Of a stretch of 64,000 nt of DNA, positions 9,766 through 18,174 are shown in pieces. The DNA is taken from contig CAVXGK010000002.1 in the NCBI GenBank assembly GCA_963761305.1, forward strand, positions 672,001 to 736,000. Reading direction: 5' to 3'. A program made the translations under genes and the position numbers. Every line of letters starts with the position of its first letter. Position 1 is the stretch's first letter. A model generated the notes under the pieces. The model ran no database searches. It was not told the DNA's origin and saw only the letters and a program-made list of their open reading frames with translations. Source of the DNA: an uncultured Gemmatimonadaceae bacterium. GTDB lineage: Bacteria; Gemmatimonadota; Gemmatimonadetes; Gemmatimonadales; Gemmatimonadaceae.

Positions 9766-10495
9766 GCCACCAAGCCGACTCTCTACGCCACCAGCGAACA
9801 AACGAGTTTCCCGAACGACGAGCTGACTTTCCCGTCGGTGCACGTCCCCGGTTGCATCGAAGAGATCATCGCCACCGTCGCACGAAGTCATTGGTCGCAT
9901 CGGGCGAGGCGGCCGGCCGACGCGACGAGTTCATCGGAAACACTGCGGAGGTCATCGTACACCACTACAACGATCGGTCGACTCACCGCCGAGGTCAGTG
10001 CCACCACCGCGGAGTTCAGTGCCATCACCGCGGAGTTCAGTGCCATCCCCGCGGAGGGCATCGCACTGCGCGCGCCAACGAATTGGTCGCAATGCGTGTG
10101 GGAGTGGCAACATCGGCGCACGACATCGTCCTGCTCGCAGAGGCGATCGCCACCGTCGCTTCGTTCATCGCCACCAGCGGCGGGTTCACCGCACCGGCCG
10201 TCGAGTTGATCGGAACCGGCGCTGAGCCCTGTGGTCGCGCGACATCTGGTATCGGTCGCAATGCATAGGGCACTGGCACCACCGCGTGGATGACGCGAAC
10301 CACTCGATGCGTCTCAACGCCACCGGTCGAGAGATGACCTGACCCCTCCGCGAAGGTCACCGCCACCACCGCGAGCCTTACCGGTCGCGGCGCGTAGATC
10401 ACCGTCTCGCCTGCCGAACCGATCGCCACCAAGGGGAAGTCGATGCGACGGTCTGTCGAACCCATCGCCACCATCCCGCAAGGCATCGCCACCAA
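9766..10495. repeat. Degenerate 21-bp-period tandem array B (~35 units)
   Basis: GCCACC/GCCATC at 9766, 9787, 9871, 10000, 10021, 10042, 10149, 10170, 10319, 10362, 10425, 10467, 10488; near-perfect core GCCATCACCGCGGAGTTCAGT. Confidence 0.85.
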
Positions 10496-10679
10496 GAAAT
10501 GTGCGGCAATTGTGGTTTGGACAGGCGCTTCGACGTCGACGCCGATGAATCAACACTGGACGACCATTCGGCGCAGCCTCTGAAACACGACATGTTGTAG
10601 GAGCGAGGCAGCTTGCCCATCCGCGCGCCGCGTCATAAGCTTGGCTCGCCCATCTCCCCCTCCTTCTCGCGGAAGCACA

Positions 10680-12101
10680 ATGACGCGTCGACACCTTCGC
10701 CTGATCGGCCTGCTGGTGCTCGCCGTTCTTCCCGGATCTACCGCGATCGCCCAGCGCGGGCAATTCGATCTCGAGAAGACGAAGAAGGTGCTCTCGGGCC
10801 TGATCGAGAAAACGCTCGCCGAGAACGGCGTTCCATCGATGTCGATCGCCCTGGTTCGCGGCGACTCGATCGTCTGGACGGCCGCGTTCGGCTATGCCAA
10901 CATGCGGACCCGCACGCCCGCCACGACGGCGACGCTCTACAGCACCGGCTCGTCGTTCAAGTCGGTCACCGCGACTGCGGTGATGCAGCTCGTCGAGCAG
11001 GGCAAGGTCCACCTGGACGATCCGATCAACCGCTACCTCGGCGAGAGCCAGGTGCACGATCAGGCGGACAAGCCCGTCACGTTCACGCACATCCTGTCGC
11101 ATTGGTCCGGCCTCACGAACGGCGCCGAGACGCAACCGATCTGGGGCCGGAAGCTGCCGAAGACCCTCGAGGCGATGACCGCCGGGCTCTCGTCAGTTCG
11201 GCCGCCCGAGACGAAGTGGGAGTACAACAACTTCGCCTATGGCACTGCGGGTCTCCTCGTACAGAAAATTTCCGGCGTCGACTACGAGACGTACATGCTC
11301 GAGCACGTGCTGAAGCCGCTCGGCGTGACGACGCCGCATCCGGTCTATCCGACGCCCGAGATGGTCGAGGTGATGGCGCTTCCGTACAAGGCGGGAGGTG
11401 CGTTCGGCAAGCCGGTGCCGGAGGTGCAGGTGCACTTCGACGTCTATCCGGCCGGCGACGTGTATCTGACCGCCGAAGACATGGCTCGCTACCTCGCGGC
11501 GCAACTGAACGGCGGTGTCTTTCACGGCACCCGGATCCTGTCGGACGCGTCGGTGCGCGAGATGCACACGCCGCGCTTTGGCGGCGACTACGGGTTCGGG
11601 TTCTGGCTGGTTCATGACAGCGCGAGTGGACACACGCTGATCCACCACGGCGGCGCCATCGGCGGCCAGCGGGCGTTCCTGATCGGCGACCTCGATGCGC
11701 GCGTCGGCGTCTACTACATGACGAACTCCGACTACCTCCCTGACGCGACTCCGCCGGCGCAATCGGAGATCGTGTACGCCGCTCTCAAGCTGTTGCGCGG
11801 AGAGGATTACATCCCGCGGCCACAACAAAAGGGCATCGCCGTGGACCAGAAGGTGCTCGACAGCTACGCCGGCACGTACGATTTCGGACCGGCAGCGTTC
11901 ATCGTGAGCCGTGTCGGTCACGCTCTCGCGGTTCAGCAGACCGGTCAGGCCGCGATCAACGAACTGATCGCCGAGACCCCGACGCGGTTCGTCCTGCGCG
12001 GCAGCACCTTCAAGTTCACCTTCGAAGGTGACGGCGGCAAAATCGATCGACTCGTCGTCGACGCCGGCGGCCAGCACGTAACAGCGACTCGCCGCAAGTA
12101 G
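10680..12101 (+). CDS. Secreted serine hydrolase, beta-lactamase/PBP class C-like, with C-terminal extension
   Basis: Signal peptide; SxxK (GSSFK), LSHWSGL, YNN, HGG motifs. Confidence 0.92.
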   Translation: MTRRHLRLIGLLVLAVLPGSTAIAQRGQFDLEKTKKVLSGLIEKTLAENGVPSMSIALVRGDSIVWTAAFGYANMRTRTPATTATLYSTGSSFKSVTATAVMQLVEQGKVHLDDPINRYLGESQVHDQADKPVTFTHILSHWSGLTNGAETQPIWGRKLPKTLEAMTAGLSSVRPPETKWEYNNFAYGTAGLLVQKISGVDYETYMLEHVLKPLGVTTPHPVYPTPEMVEVMALPYKAGGAFGKPVPEVQVHFDVYPAGDVYLTAEDMARYLAAQLNGGVFHGTRILSDASVREMHTPRFGGDYGFGFWLVHDSASGHTLIHHGGAIGGQRAFLIGDLDARVGVYYMTNSDYLPDATPPAQSEIVYAALKLLRGEDYIPRPQQKGIAVDQKVLDSYAGTYDFGPAAFIVSRVGHALAVQQTGQAAINELIAETPTRFVLRGSTFKFTFEGDGGKIDRLVVDAGGQHVTATRRK

Positions 12102-12167
12102 CTCGGAGCGGCGGCGGACATCGTCGCGATTACAACCGGTACGGTTCGCCGAGGAGCTCGTCGCCAA

Positions 12168-12728
12168 ATGCGATTCATCGTCATTGCATCCGTGTTACTG
12201 TCGGCGCTTGTCGGTTGCGCGTCGACGGGCACCTCCGGCAGCGCATCCGGTCAACCCGGTGCCGAGACGCTCGCGCAAGTCAGGTTCCGCGACAGGGAAG
12301 TGAAGGTCTCGCAACACGTCGATGCGACGGTTGACGATACGTGGAAGGTGCTCGGACCCGCATTCCAGGACCTCGGGTACAAGGGCGGCCCATCAGGGAG
12401 TGGGAATGAGCGAATGTATATGACTTCCTGGCTGCAGCTCCCCGGGGCGCTCTACGAAGGTGAACCGAATGCGGCGTACTTCGAGTGCGACCGGTCGCCG
12501 CTCGGGACTCCCACCGCGGACACCTACGAGCTGACCTTCGCTGTTTTCGCCTGGGTCGCGCCCGACCAACCCGCTGGAAGCGTCGTTCGGGTCCTGGTGA
12601 ATGGCTCGGGGCGAGATCGCGCGAATCCCTCGGCGATTGTGTCGTGCGCCGGAACGGGAAAGCTCGAGGCGATGTTCATGCAGGCGATTCAGCGGCGGCT
12701 GAAGCTCGTGGCCAAGCGGCCGGAATAA
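12168..12728 (+). CDS. Hypothetical lipoprotein
   Basis: GAGGAG upstream; lipobox LVGC. Confidence 0.8.
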   Translation: MRFIVIASVLLSALVGCASTGTSGSASGQPGAETLAQVRFRDREVKVSQHVDATVDDTWKVLGPAFQDLGYKGGPSGSGNERMYMTSWLQLPGALYEGEPNAAYFECDRSPLGTPTADTYELTFAVFAWVAPDQPAGSVVRVLVNGSGRDRANPSAIVSCAGTGKLEAMFMQAIQRRLKLVAKRPE

Positions 12729-12756
12729 ATCACAGGAGCCGACAGCTCAGCCCGAA

Positions 12757-13077
12757 CTACAGCCAGTGGCCGTCGCTCCAGAACCAACCGTGCCCATCAC
12801 TTTCCCAAATGCCCGGCACCCATATCGAGTGCCCGGTCGCCGGTAGGACCCAGGAGCCCGGAACCCACGCGAAGTCGTTGTTGCTCCAGCCCCATCGGCC
12901 GGCTATCCAGACGTAGTTAGCTCCGGGCGAGGGCGGAACTACCTCGAGCCGGGCGGTGGGCGGCGGCCTGGTCGCGGCGCGCGAGACTGCGTAACTCGGC
13001 GGCTGATGGTAGCATGCCCCGACCGCGCTGGTGGCGACGAGTCCGGTTATGAGCGACAGGTTCAAGAGTTTCTTCAT
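12757..13077 (-). CDS. YXWGXW/WXXGXW-repeat lipoprotein
   Basis: AAGGAGGAGG RBS; VGAC lipobox; YVWIAGRW, WVPGSW, WVPGIW, WSDGHW. Confidence 0.9.
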   Translation of the reverse strand: MKKLLNLSLITGLVATSAVGACYHQPPSYAVSRAATRPPPTARLEVVPPSPGANYVWIAGRWGWSNNDFAWVPGSWVLPATGHSIWVPGIWESDGHGWFWSDGHWL

Positions 13078-13111
13078 TGCTGCCTCCTCCTTCGGTGCTT
13101 CTCTCGTCAGG

Positions 13112-13127
13112 TGCAAGGAGGGAGCCC
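13112..13127 (-). promoter_or_regulatory. Possible sigma54 -24/-12 promoter
   Basis: GGGCTCCCTCCTTGCA on minus strand (GG-N10-GC with TTGCA), just upstream of the YXWGXW gene RBS. Confidence 0.45.
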
Positions 13128-13143
13128 TCTCCCGCACTGCCAT

Positions 13144-13256
13144 GAATGTATATGACTTCCTGGCTGCGGCTCCCCGGGGCGCTCTACGAAGGTGAAGCGA
13201 ATGCGGCGTAGTTCGAGTGCGACCGATCGCCGCTCGGGATTCCCACCGCGGACACC
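13144..13256 (+). repeat. 113-bp intergenic copy of internal segment 12412-12524 of the lipoprotein gene
   Basis: Identical except 5 substitutions, one turning TAC into TAG. Confidence 0.95.
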
Positions 13257-13392
13257 CAGGCGCGCCCATGGTGCACCCAAGAAGAAAACGAGAGGCTGCG
13301 CTTGATTTTGTTGACTGCACCGACGGAGTCGCGCACGTTTCATGACCGGTAACGGCGCAATCGCGCGCCAGCCGAAGCGCGCGGAGGCGACG

Positions 13393-14121
13393 ATGTCGAC
13401 GCAGAGTGGGACGACTCACGGTGATGGAGTACGTTTTCACGGCAACTTCAAGCGGCTCCTGTCAATACTGGGACTTGCGTCGCTGTTGCCCGCGGCTCTA
13501 TCCGCACAGTCGTCGGACGCGCAGGGGACCGATCTCTCGCTCGCAGTGCGTTTCGGCACGCTGGGCATCGGCGGTGAAATCTCGAAGCTGGTAACGCCAC
13601 ACGTCGGGCTTCGGGTGAGCGGGAATTACTTCACATACAACAAAAATTTTACCAATAACGACGTCAGTTACGACGCCAGTCTGAAATTCGAGGGCATCAC
13701 CGGGTTGATCGATCTCTACCCGGCCAGTCGCGGCGCCTTCCACTTTAGCGCCGGCGTGATGACGCGCCCGATCACGCTTTCGGGCGGCGGCGTGCCAAGC
13801 AACGGCACGTTCACAATCAATAGTCACAGCTACACCCAAGCGCAGGTCGGCACGCTGACGGAGACCGCGCAGTGGGCCAGCGCACTTCCTTATGTCGGAC
13901 TCGGATTCGGTACGCCGGCGGCAAAGCACGCTGGACTGGGCTTCCTTTTCGATCTGGGCGCGGCGATCGGCAAGCCGACCGTCGCGCTCACGGCGACTGG
14001 CGCCGGCAGCAACGCACAATTGCAATCGGACCTCAACGCGCAGGTCGCCAAGTCAGCGAGCAACGCGAACAAGATCCCTGTCTACCCCGTGCTGTCGCTG
14101 GGGCTCGCCTACCGGTTCTGA
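13393..14121 (+). CDS. Outer-membrane beta-barrel protein
   Basis: GGAGG RBS; signal peptide; GTLGIGGE, PYVGLGFG, C-terminal YPVLSLGLAYRF barrel signal. Confidence 0.85.
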   Translation: MSTQSGTTHGDGVRFHGNFKRLLSILGLASLLPAALSAQSSDAQGTDLSLAVRFGTLGIGGEISKLVTPHVGLRVSGNYFTYNKNFTNNDVSYDASLKFEGITGLIDLYPASRGAFHFSAGVMTRPITLSGGGVPSNGTFTINSHSYTQAQVGTLTETAQWASALPYVGLGFGTPAAKHAGLGFLFDLGAAIGKPTVALTATGAGSNAQLQSDLNAQVAKSASNANKIPVYPVLSLGLAYRF

Positions 14122-14171
14122 CCACGTGACTCCAGCCCGGACAGGCTGAGAGCGCAATCATTCTCGCGGGC

Positions 14172-14204
14172 AAAAACGGCCGCTCCGGTGTGGAGCGGCC
14201 GTTT
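14172..14204. terminator. Bidirectional intrinsic terminator
   Basis: AAACGGCCGCTCC-ggtgt-GGAGCGGCCGTTT between convergent genes. Confidence 0.8.
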
Positions 14205-14263
14205 GCAACATCAATCGGGTTTCTCTAAGAGACCCGTGAGATCCGCCGTCCTGACGGCGCCGA

Positions 14264-16729
14264 TTAGGCCGATCGCAAAGCGCCGAGCGGATCGACTTTG
14301 CTCGCGCGCGCGGCGGGGATCCACACCGCGGCCAGGGCAACGACCGCCAACAACAACGGCACGCCCGCGAACACGAGCGGATCGCGCACCTCGACACCGA
14401 ACAAAAGACTCCTCATGTATCGCGACAGTGCATACGCCGTCGCAACGCCGATGACCACGCCGATGAGCGCGAGCCGCATTCCCTGCAACACGACCATCGT
14501 CCGCACCTGATTCGGCTCCGCTCCGAGCGCGAGACGAACGCCGATCTCGCGCGTGCGCTGCTGCACCGCGTACGCCATCACGCCGTAGATGCCGATCGCC
14601 GCGAGCGTGAGCGCGGAGAGCGCGAACACCGCCATGAGCAAGGTGTTGAACTGCTCGCGCGACGTCGATCGCGAGACGATCTGGTCCATCGATCGGACCT
14701 CGGCCACCGGCAGACCGGTCGCCTCACGGAGCCGTGACTCGACGGCAGCGGCGATGGAGAGCGGCGGCACCCTCGTGCGGATCACCCACGACATCGGCGC
14801 GATCTTTGTATTGAGTACGTTCACGTTGTCGGGGATCTGCGCCTGCGGGACGAACATCTTCGGCCCGGGGTTCTGATTGAGCCCGTCGTCGCGGCTGTCG
14901 GCGACGACGCCGATGATCTGCCGGTCGGGCTCCGCGGCGAACTCCTTCATGCCGCCGCGGCCGATGGTCAACCGATCGTTGAGGGGATCGCCGTTCTTCC
15001 ACGTCTCCTTCGCCATCGCTTCGTTGATGATGGCCACCGGAGGCGCATTCGCGTCGTCGCGATCGGTGAACGTTCGGCCGCGAAGCACCGGGATCTTGAA
15101 CACCTCGAAGTATCCCGGCGACACGGTGATCCAGTCGCCGTTGCCGTGAAACTGCTGTCCCTCGGGAAGCGCCTTGCCCACGACGCGGAACGGCAGGCCG
15201 TACCCGCCTTGAAGCGGCACGCAGCACGAAGCACTCGCGAGTTCGACACCGGACACCGTGCGCAACCGATCGGCTCCGTCGCGAATCGCTTGCTCGACCG
15301 ACATCGACGTCTGAAACCTCGGACCCGTAAACGACATGGTCATCGTCAACACGTTCGACGCGTCGAAGCCTGGCGCGACCGCGCGGAGTGCCAGCGATGT
15401 GCGAATCAAGAGTCCGGAGCCGATCACGAGCGCCAGCGCGAGCGCGATTTCGACCACCACGAGGGTCGAACGCACATGATGATTGGCACGTCCAGCCGAG
15501 GCCCCGGTTCCGTCCCTCAGCGTGCCGCTTAAATCCTGCCGCGCGGCCTGAAACGCAGGCGCTACCCCGAAGAGCAATCCGGTCACGATCGAGACGACGA
15601 TGGTGAACACCGCCAACCGCCAGTCCAACTGAATCGCCGTGCCGCCCTCGCCCAGACGCGGCAGATTCGCCGTGTTGATCGACATCAGCGAACGAATGCC
15701 GACGAGGCCGAGCGTCAACCCAGCGGCACCGCCCACAATCGAGAGCAGCACACTTTCCGTGAGCAACTGTCGTATGATGCGGGCGCGATCGGCGCCCATC
15801 GCCGCGCGAATCGCAAGCTCGCGTTTTCTCACCGTCGAGCGGACGAGCAGCAAATTGGCGACGTTGGCGCACGCGATCAGCAGCACGCCCGCAACGGCCG
15901 ACATCAGGACGACGAGGAGCGACTGCGAGTTGCGAACGAAGATCTTCTGCATCGGCTCCACGCTGAATGCCTCCTTCGGCCCGAGTGAGCCGGGGAAGCG
16001 CTCGCGGTACGCGGCCGCCGATTGCGTCAGTTTTGCCTGTGCCTGCGCGAGTGTCACGCCGGGCGCGAGCCGGCCGAGCACTCGGAAGTAGTGCGCCTGG
16101 TCCTGCGTGTTCGGATCGATCGGAAACATCGTCCACAGGTCCGGAGTGTCACCGAGGTCGGACTGGTCGAAGCCGTTCCCGATGACACCGATGACGACGT
16201 ACGGCTCGCCGCTGAGGGAGATCGTCTTGCCCACGATCGCTCGATCGGCGGCGAAGCGTCGCGTCCACCAGCCGTAGGAGAGGACCGCGACCTTTCCTGC
16301 GGTCGGAAGATCTTCGTCGGTCGTGAAGATGCGCCCAAGCACCGGCGTCGCGCCGAGCAGGTGAAAGAACGGCGGACTGACCTGCTCGGTGGTGACCTGT
16401 TCCGGCGTGTCGCCGCCCGTGTAGTTCACCAAAACGGAGCGGTAGGCCGACGCGTCCCGCACGGCATCCGTCTGACGCCGCCAGTGCGCGAACTTGGCGG
16501 GCGACGCTGCCGGAAAGCTGTTGCCGTTCGGAGACGTGTTCATGAAGAGCACGATCCGGCCGGCATCGGGGAACGGAAACGGGCGGAGAAGGACGGCGTT
16601 GACGACCGAGAAGACGGCGGTCGTTGCGCCGATGCCCAGCGCGAGCGTCGCGACCGCGGCGATGGTGAAGGCCCGCTGCTGTCGGAGCGTTCGAAGACTG
16701 TACTTGAGATCCTGGAAGAAATGCTCCAC
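14264..16729 (-). CDS. ABC transporter permease, MacB/FtsX duplicated (ADOP) family
   Basis: GTG start; QDLKYSLRTL, TLALGIGATTAVFSVVNAVLLRP, LLIACANVANLLL, REIGVRLALGA, DPLGALR. Confidence 0.95.
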   Translation of the reverse strand: MEHFFQDLKYSLRTLRQQRAFTIAAVATLALGIGATTAVFSVVNAVLLRPFPFPDAGRIVLFMNTSPNGNSFPAASPAKFAHWRRQTDAVRDASAYRSVLVNYTGGDTPEQVTTEQVSPPFFHLLGATPVLGRIFTTDEDLPTAGKVAVLSYGWWTRRFAADRAIVGKTISLSGEPYVVIGVIGNGFDQSDLGDTPDLWTMFPIDPNTQDQAHYFRVLGRLAPGVTLAQAQAKLTQSAAAYRERFPGSLGPKEAFSVEPMQKIFVRNSQSLLVVLMSAVAGVLLIACANVANLLLVRSTVRKRELAIRAAMGADRARIIRQLLTESVLLSIVGGAAGLTLGLVGIRSLMSINTANLPRLGEGGTAIQLDWRLAVFTIVVSIVTGLLFGVAPAFQAARQDLSGTLRDGTGASAGRANHHVRSTLVVVEIALALALVIGSGLLIRTSLALRAVAPGFDASNVLTMTMSFTGPRFQTSMSVEQAIRDGADRLRTVSGVELASASCCVPLQGGYGLPFRVVGKALPEGQQFHGNGDWITVSPGYFEVFKIPVLRGRTFTDRDDANAPPVAIINEAMAKETWKNGDPLNDRLTIGRGGMKEFAAEPDRQIIGVVADSRDDGLNQNPGPKMFVPQAQIPDNVNVLNTKIAPMSWVIRTRVPPLSIAAAVESRLREATGLPVAEVRSMDQIVSRSTSREQFNTLLMAVFALSALTLAAIGIYGVMAYAVQQRTREIGVRLALGAEPNQVRTMVVLQGMRLALIGVVIGVATAYALSRYMRSLLFGVEVRDPLVFAGVPLLLAVVALAAVWIPAARASKVDPLGALRSA

Positions 16730-16739
16730 GGGCGTTCCC

Positions 16740-17324
16740 TCAGCCGCTCCGGCTTGCAACGAGTGCGACGACGATTCCGCCGGCGCCGGCGAGGCAGGCC
16801 AGCATGAGCACCTTTGCCTGGCGGGTGAGCGCGGCCACCGCACCGAGCGCGATCGCCACCTGGAGCAGCGCGACAGCGAAGGCATAGTGATGGTGCTCGG
16901 CCAGCAAGCGCGCCGCTTCGGCGACCTTCGTATCGCGCTCCTGCTCGAGCTTCCGCGCCTCGGTCTGAATGTCGGCTTGCTCTCTGCCGTACCGCGCCGT
17001 CAGCGCGAGCAGGGAATCGGGAGCGGCGCGATTGTTGGCCGCGTAGGCGTTCGCCGCCGTCGCGGCGACGGCCCCTTTGATCCCCTTCGCTTGATAGTAG
17101 GCCCACTCGTCGGAAGCGCGCGCCTGCAGTTGCGTCGCTTCGCTCTCCAGCACGAGCGCTTCGTTGACCGTCGATCCGGCTCGCAACGAAACGACGGCCG
17201 TCACCGCCGCGAGTATGGCGGTAATGAGCGCGGTGATGCGCAGCATCCGCCCGCCCGACTTTTCGATTTCGTCGTCGATCGTCTCGCGCAGCTTGTCGGT
17301 GTCGATCTCGATTTCTTCCGGCAT
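16740..17324 (-). CDS. DUF4337-like membrane protein
   Basis: ASDEWAYYQAKGIK, FAVALLQVAIALGAVAALT. Confidence 0.85.
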   Translation of the reverse strand: MPEEIEIDTDKLRETIDDEIEKSGGRMLRITALITAILAAVTAVVSLRAGSTVNEALVLESEATQLQARASDEWAYYQAKGIKGAVAATAANAYAANNRAAPDSLLALTARYGREQADIQTEARKLEQERDTKVAEAARLLAEHHHYAFAVALLQVAIALGAVAALTRQAKVLMLACLAGAGGIVVALVASRSG

Positions 17325-17439
17325 CCTGAAAACTACGCGACGACCGCCTCAGTGGTCCACAATGGTCCAATACGAAAGGACGGCGTCCTGACACGGACGC
17401 CGTCCTTCGCTTACGGTTTCCAAACCAGTCAAACGCGTT

Positions 17440-18024
17440 TCAGCTGGTCTTCGCGGCCTTGATCGCTGCCGTGAGCTTGTCGTAGCCGTCCTGGGCGAGC
17501 GCGTTGAAGCGCGTATCCTCGTACGCGATCTTGCCATCCTTGCCGATCACGAACACGGTGCGCTTGAAGTAGGGACGGGCGCCGCCCTGCGAGCCGTACT
17601 TGGTCGCCACGTCACTCTTGGTGTCGGCGATCATCGCGAACGGGAAGTGCGCGTCCTTGGCCCAGCTCGCGTGCGACTGAAGGCTGTCGACCGAGGTCGG
17701 GAACACAACGACACCGTCGCCGAACAGCGAGGTGTACTCATCGCGGAACTTGCTCAACTCCGCGGTGCAACCGGAGGAGCGGTCGAGCGGGTAGAACGCG
17801 AGCACGACGACCTTGCCGCGCAGCGACTTGAGCGAAACGGGGATCGTCTTGCCGGTCGAGTCGGTCGCCGTGGCGGTGAAGTCGGGGGCCATGTCGCCCG
17901 CGGCCGGAAACGCCGCCGCGGCAGGTTGGCCCGACTGAGCCGGAGCGCCCTGCTGCGCGTGCGCCACGGCGGCCGCGCCGATGGCGACGACGCCGGCAAA
18001 AGACATGCGGAACATTCTGTTCAT
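17440..18024 (-). CDS. Secreted peroxiredoxin (AhpC/TSA, BCP-like)
   Basis: Signal peptide; GDMAPDF, VVLAFYPLDRSSGCTAE, RTVFVIGKDG. Confidence 0.9.
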   Translation of the reverse strand: MNRMFRMSFAGVVAIGAAAVAHAQQGAPAQSGQPAAAAFPAAGDMAPDFTATATDSTGKTIPVSLKSLRGKVVVLAFYPLDRSSGCTAELSKFRDEYTSLFGDGVVVFPTSVDSLQSHASWAKDAHFPFAMIADTKSDVATKYGSQGGARPYFKRTVFVIGKDGKIAYEDTRFNALAQDGYDKLTAAIKAAKTS

Positions 18025-18174
18025 ACAATCCTCAATGTGGTCGGTCGGCGTAGGGTCGCGCTCCGCCTGCGGAACGCGTCAAAGCAGCTTGCGGTAATGT
18101 CACGACCGGTGCAAGCGCGCCCCGCGTCTTCGCCCGGCGTGGCTACATTCTGGTCTCTCGCACCGCCCCATGAC

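Noticed and set aside
8796..10268. 490-aa + strand ORF and similar long shadow ORFs (e.g. 18100..19839, 55024..56598, 59123..60661)
   Set aside because: Antisense to well-supported genes, Arg-rich with no motifs; expected in high-GC DNA
8090..10495. CRISPR or mini-CRISPR reading of the 21-bp arrays
   Set aside because: Period too short, no invariant repeat/spacer split, no cas genes
8754..12101. Antibiotic resistance cassette (APH + beta-lactamase)
   Set aside because: Only superfamily-level motifs are visible; substrates cannot be inferred, and the MBL-fold proteins elsewhere are NAPE-PLD-like
12412..13256. Diversity-generating retroelement TR/VR pair
   Set aside because: Differences are not confined to adenines on either strand and no reverse transcriptase is present
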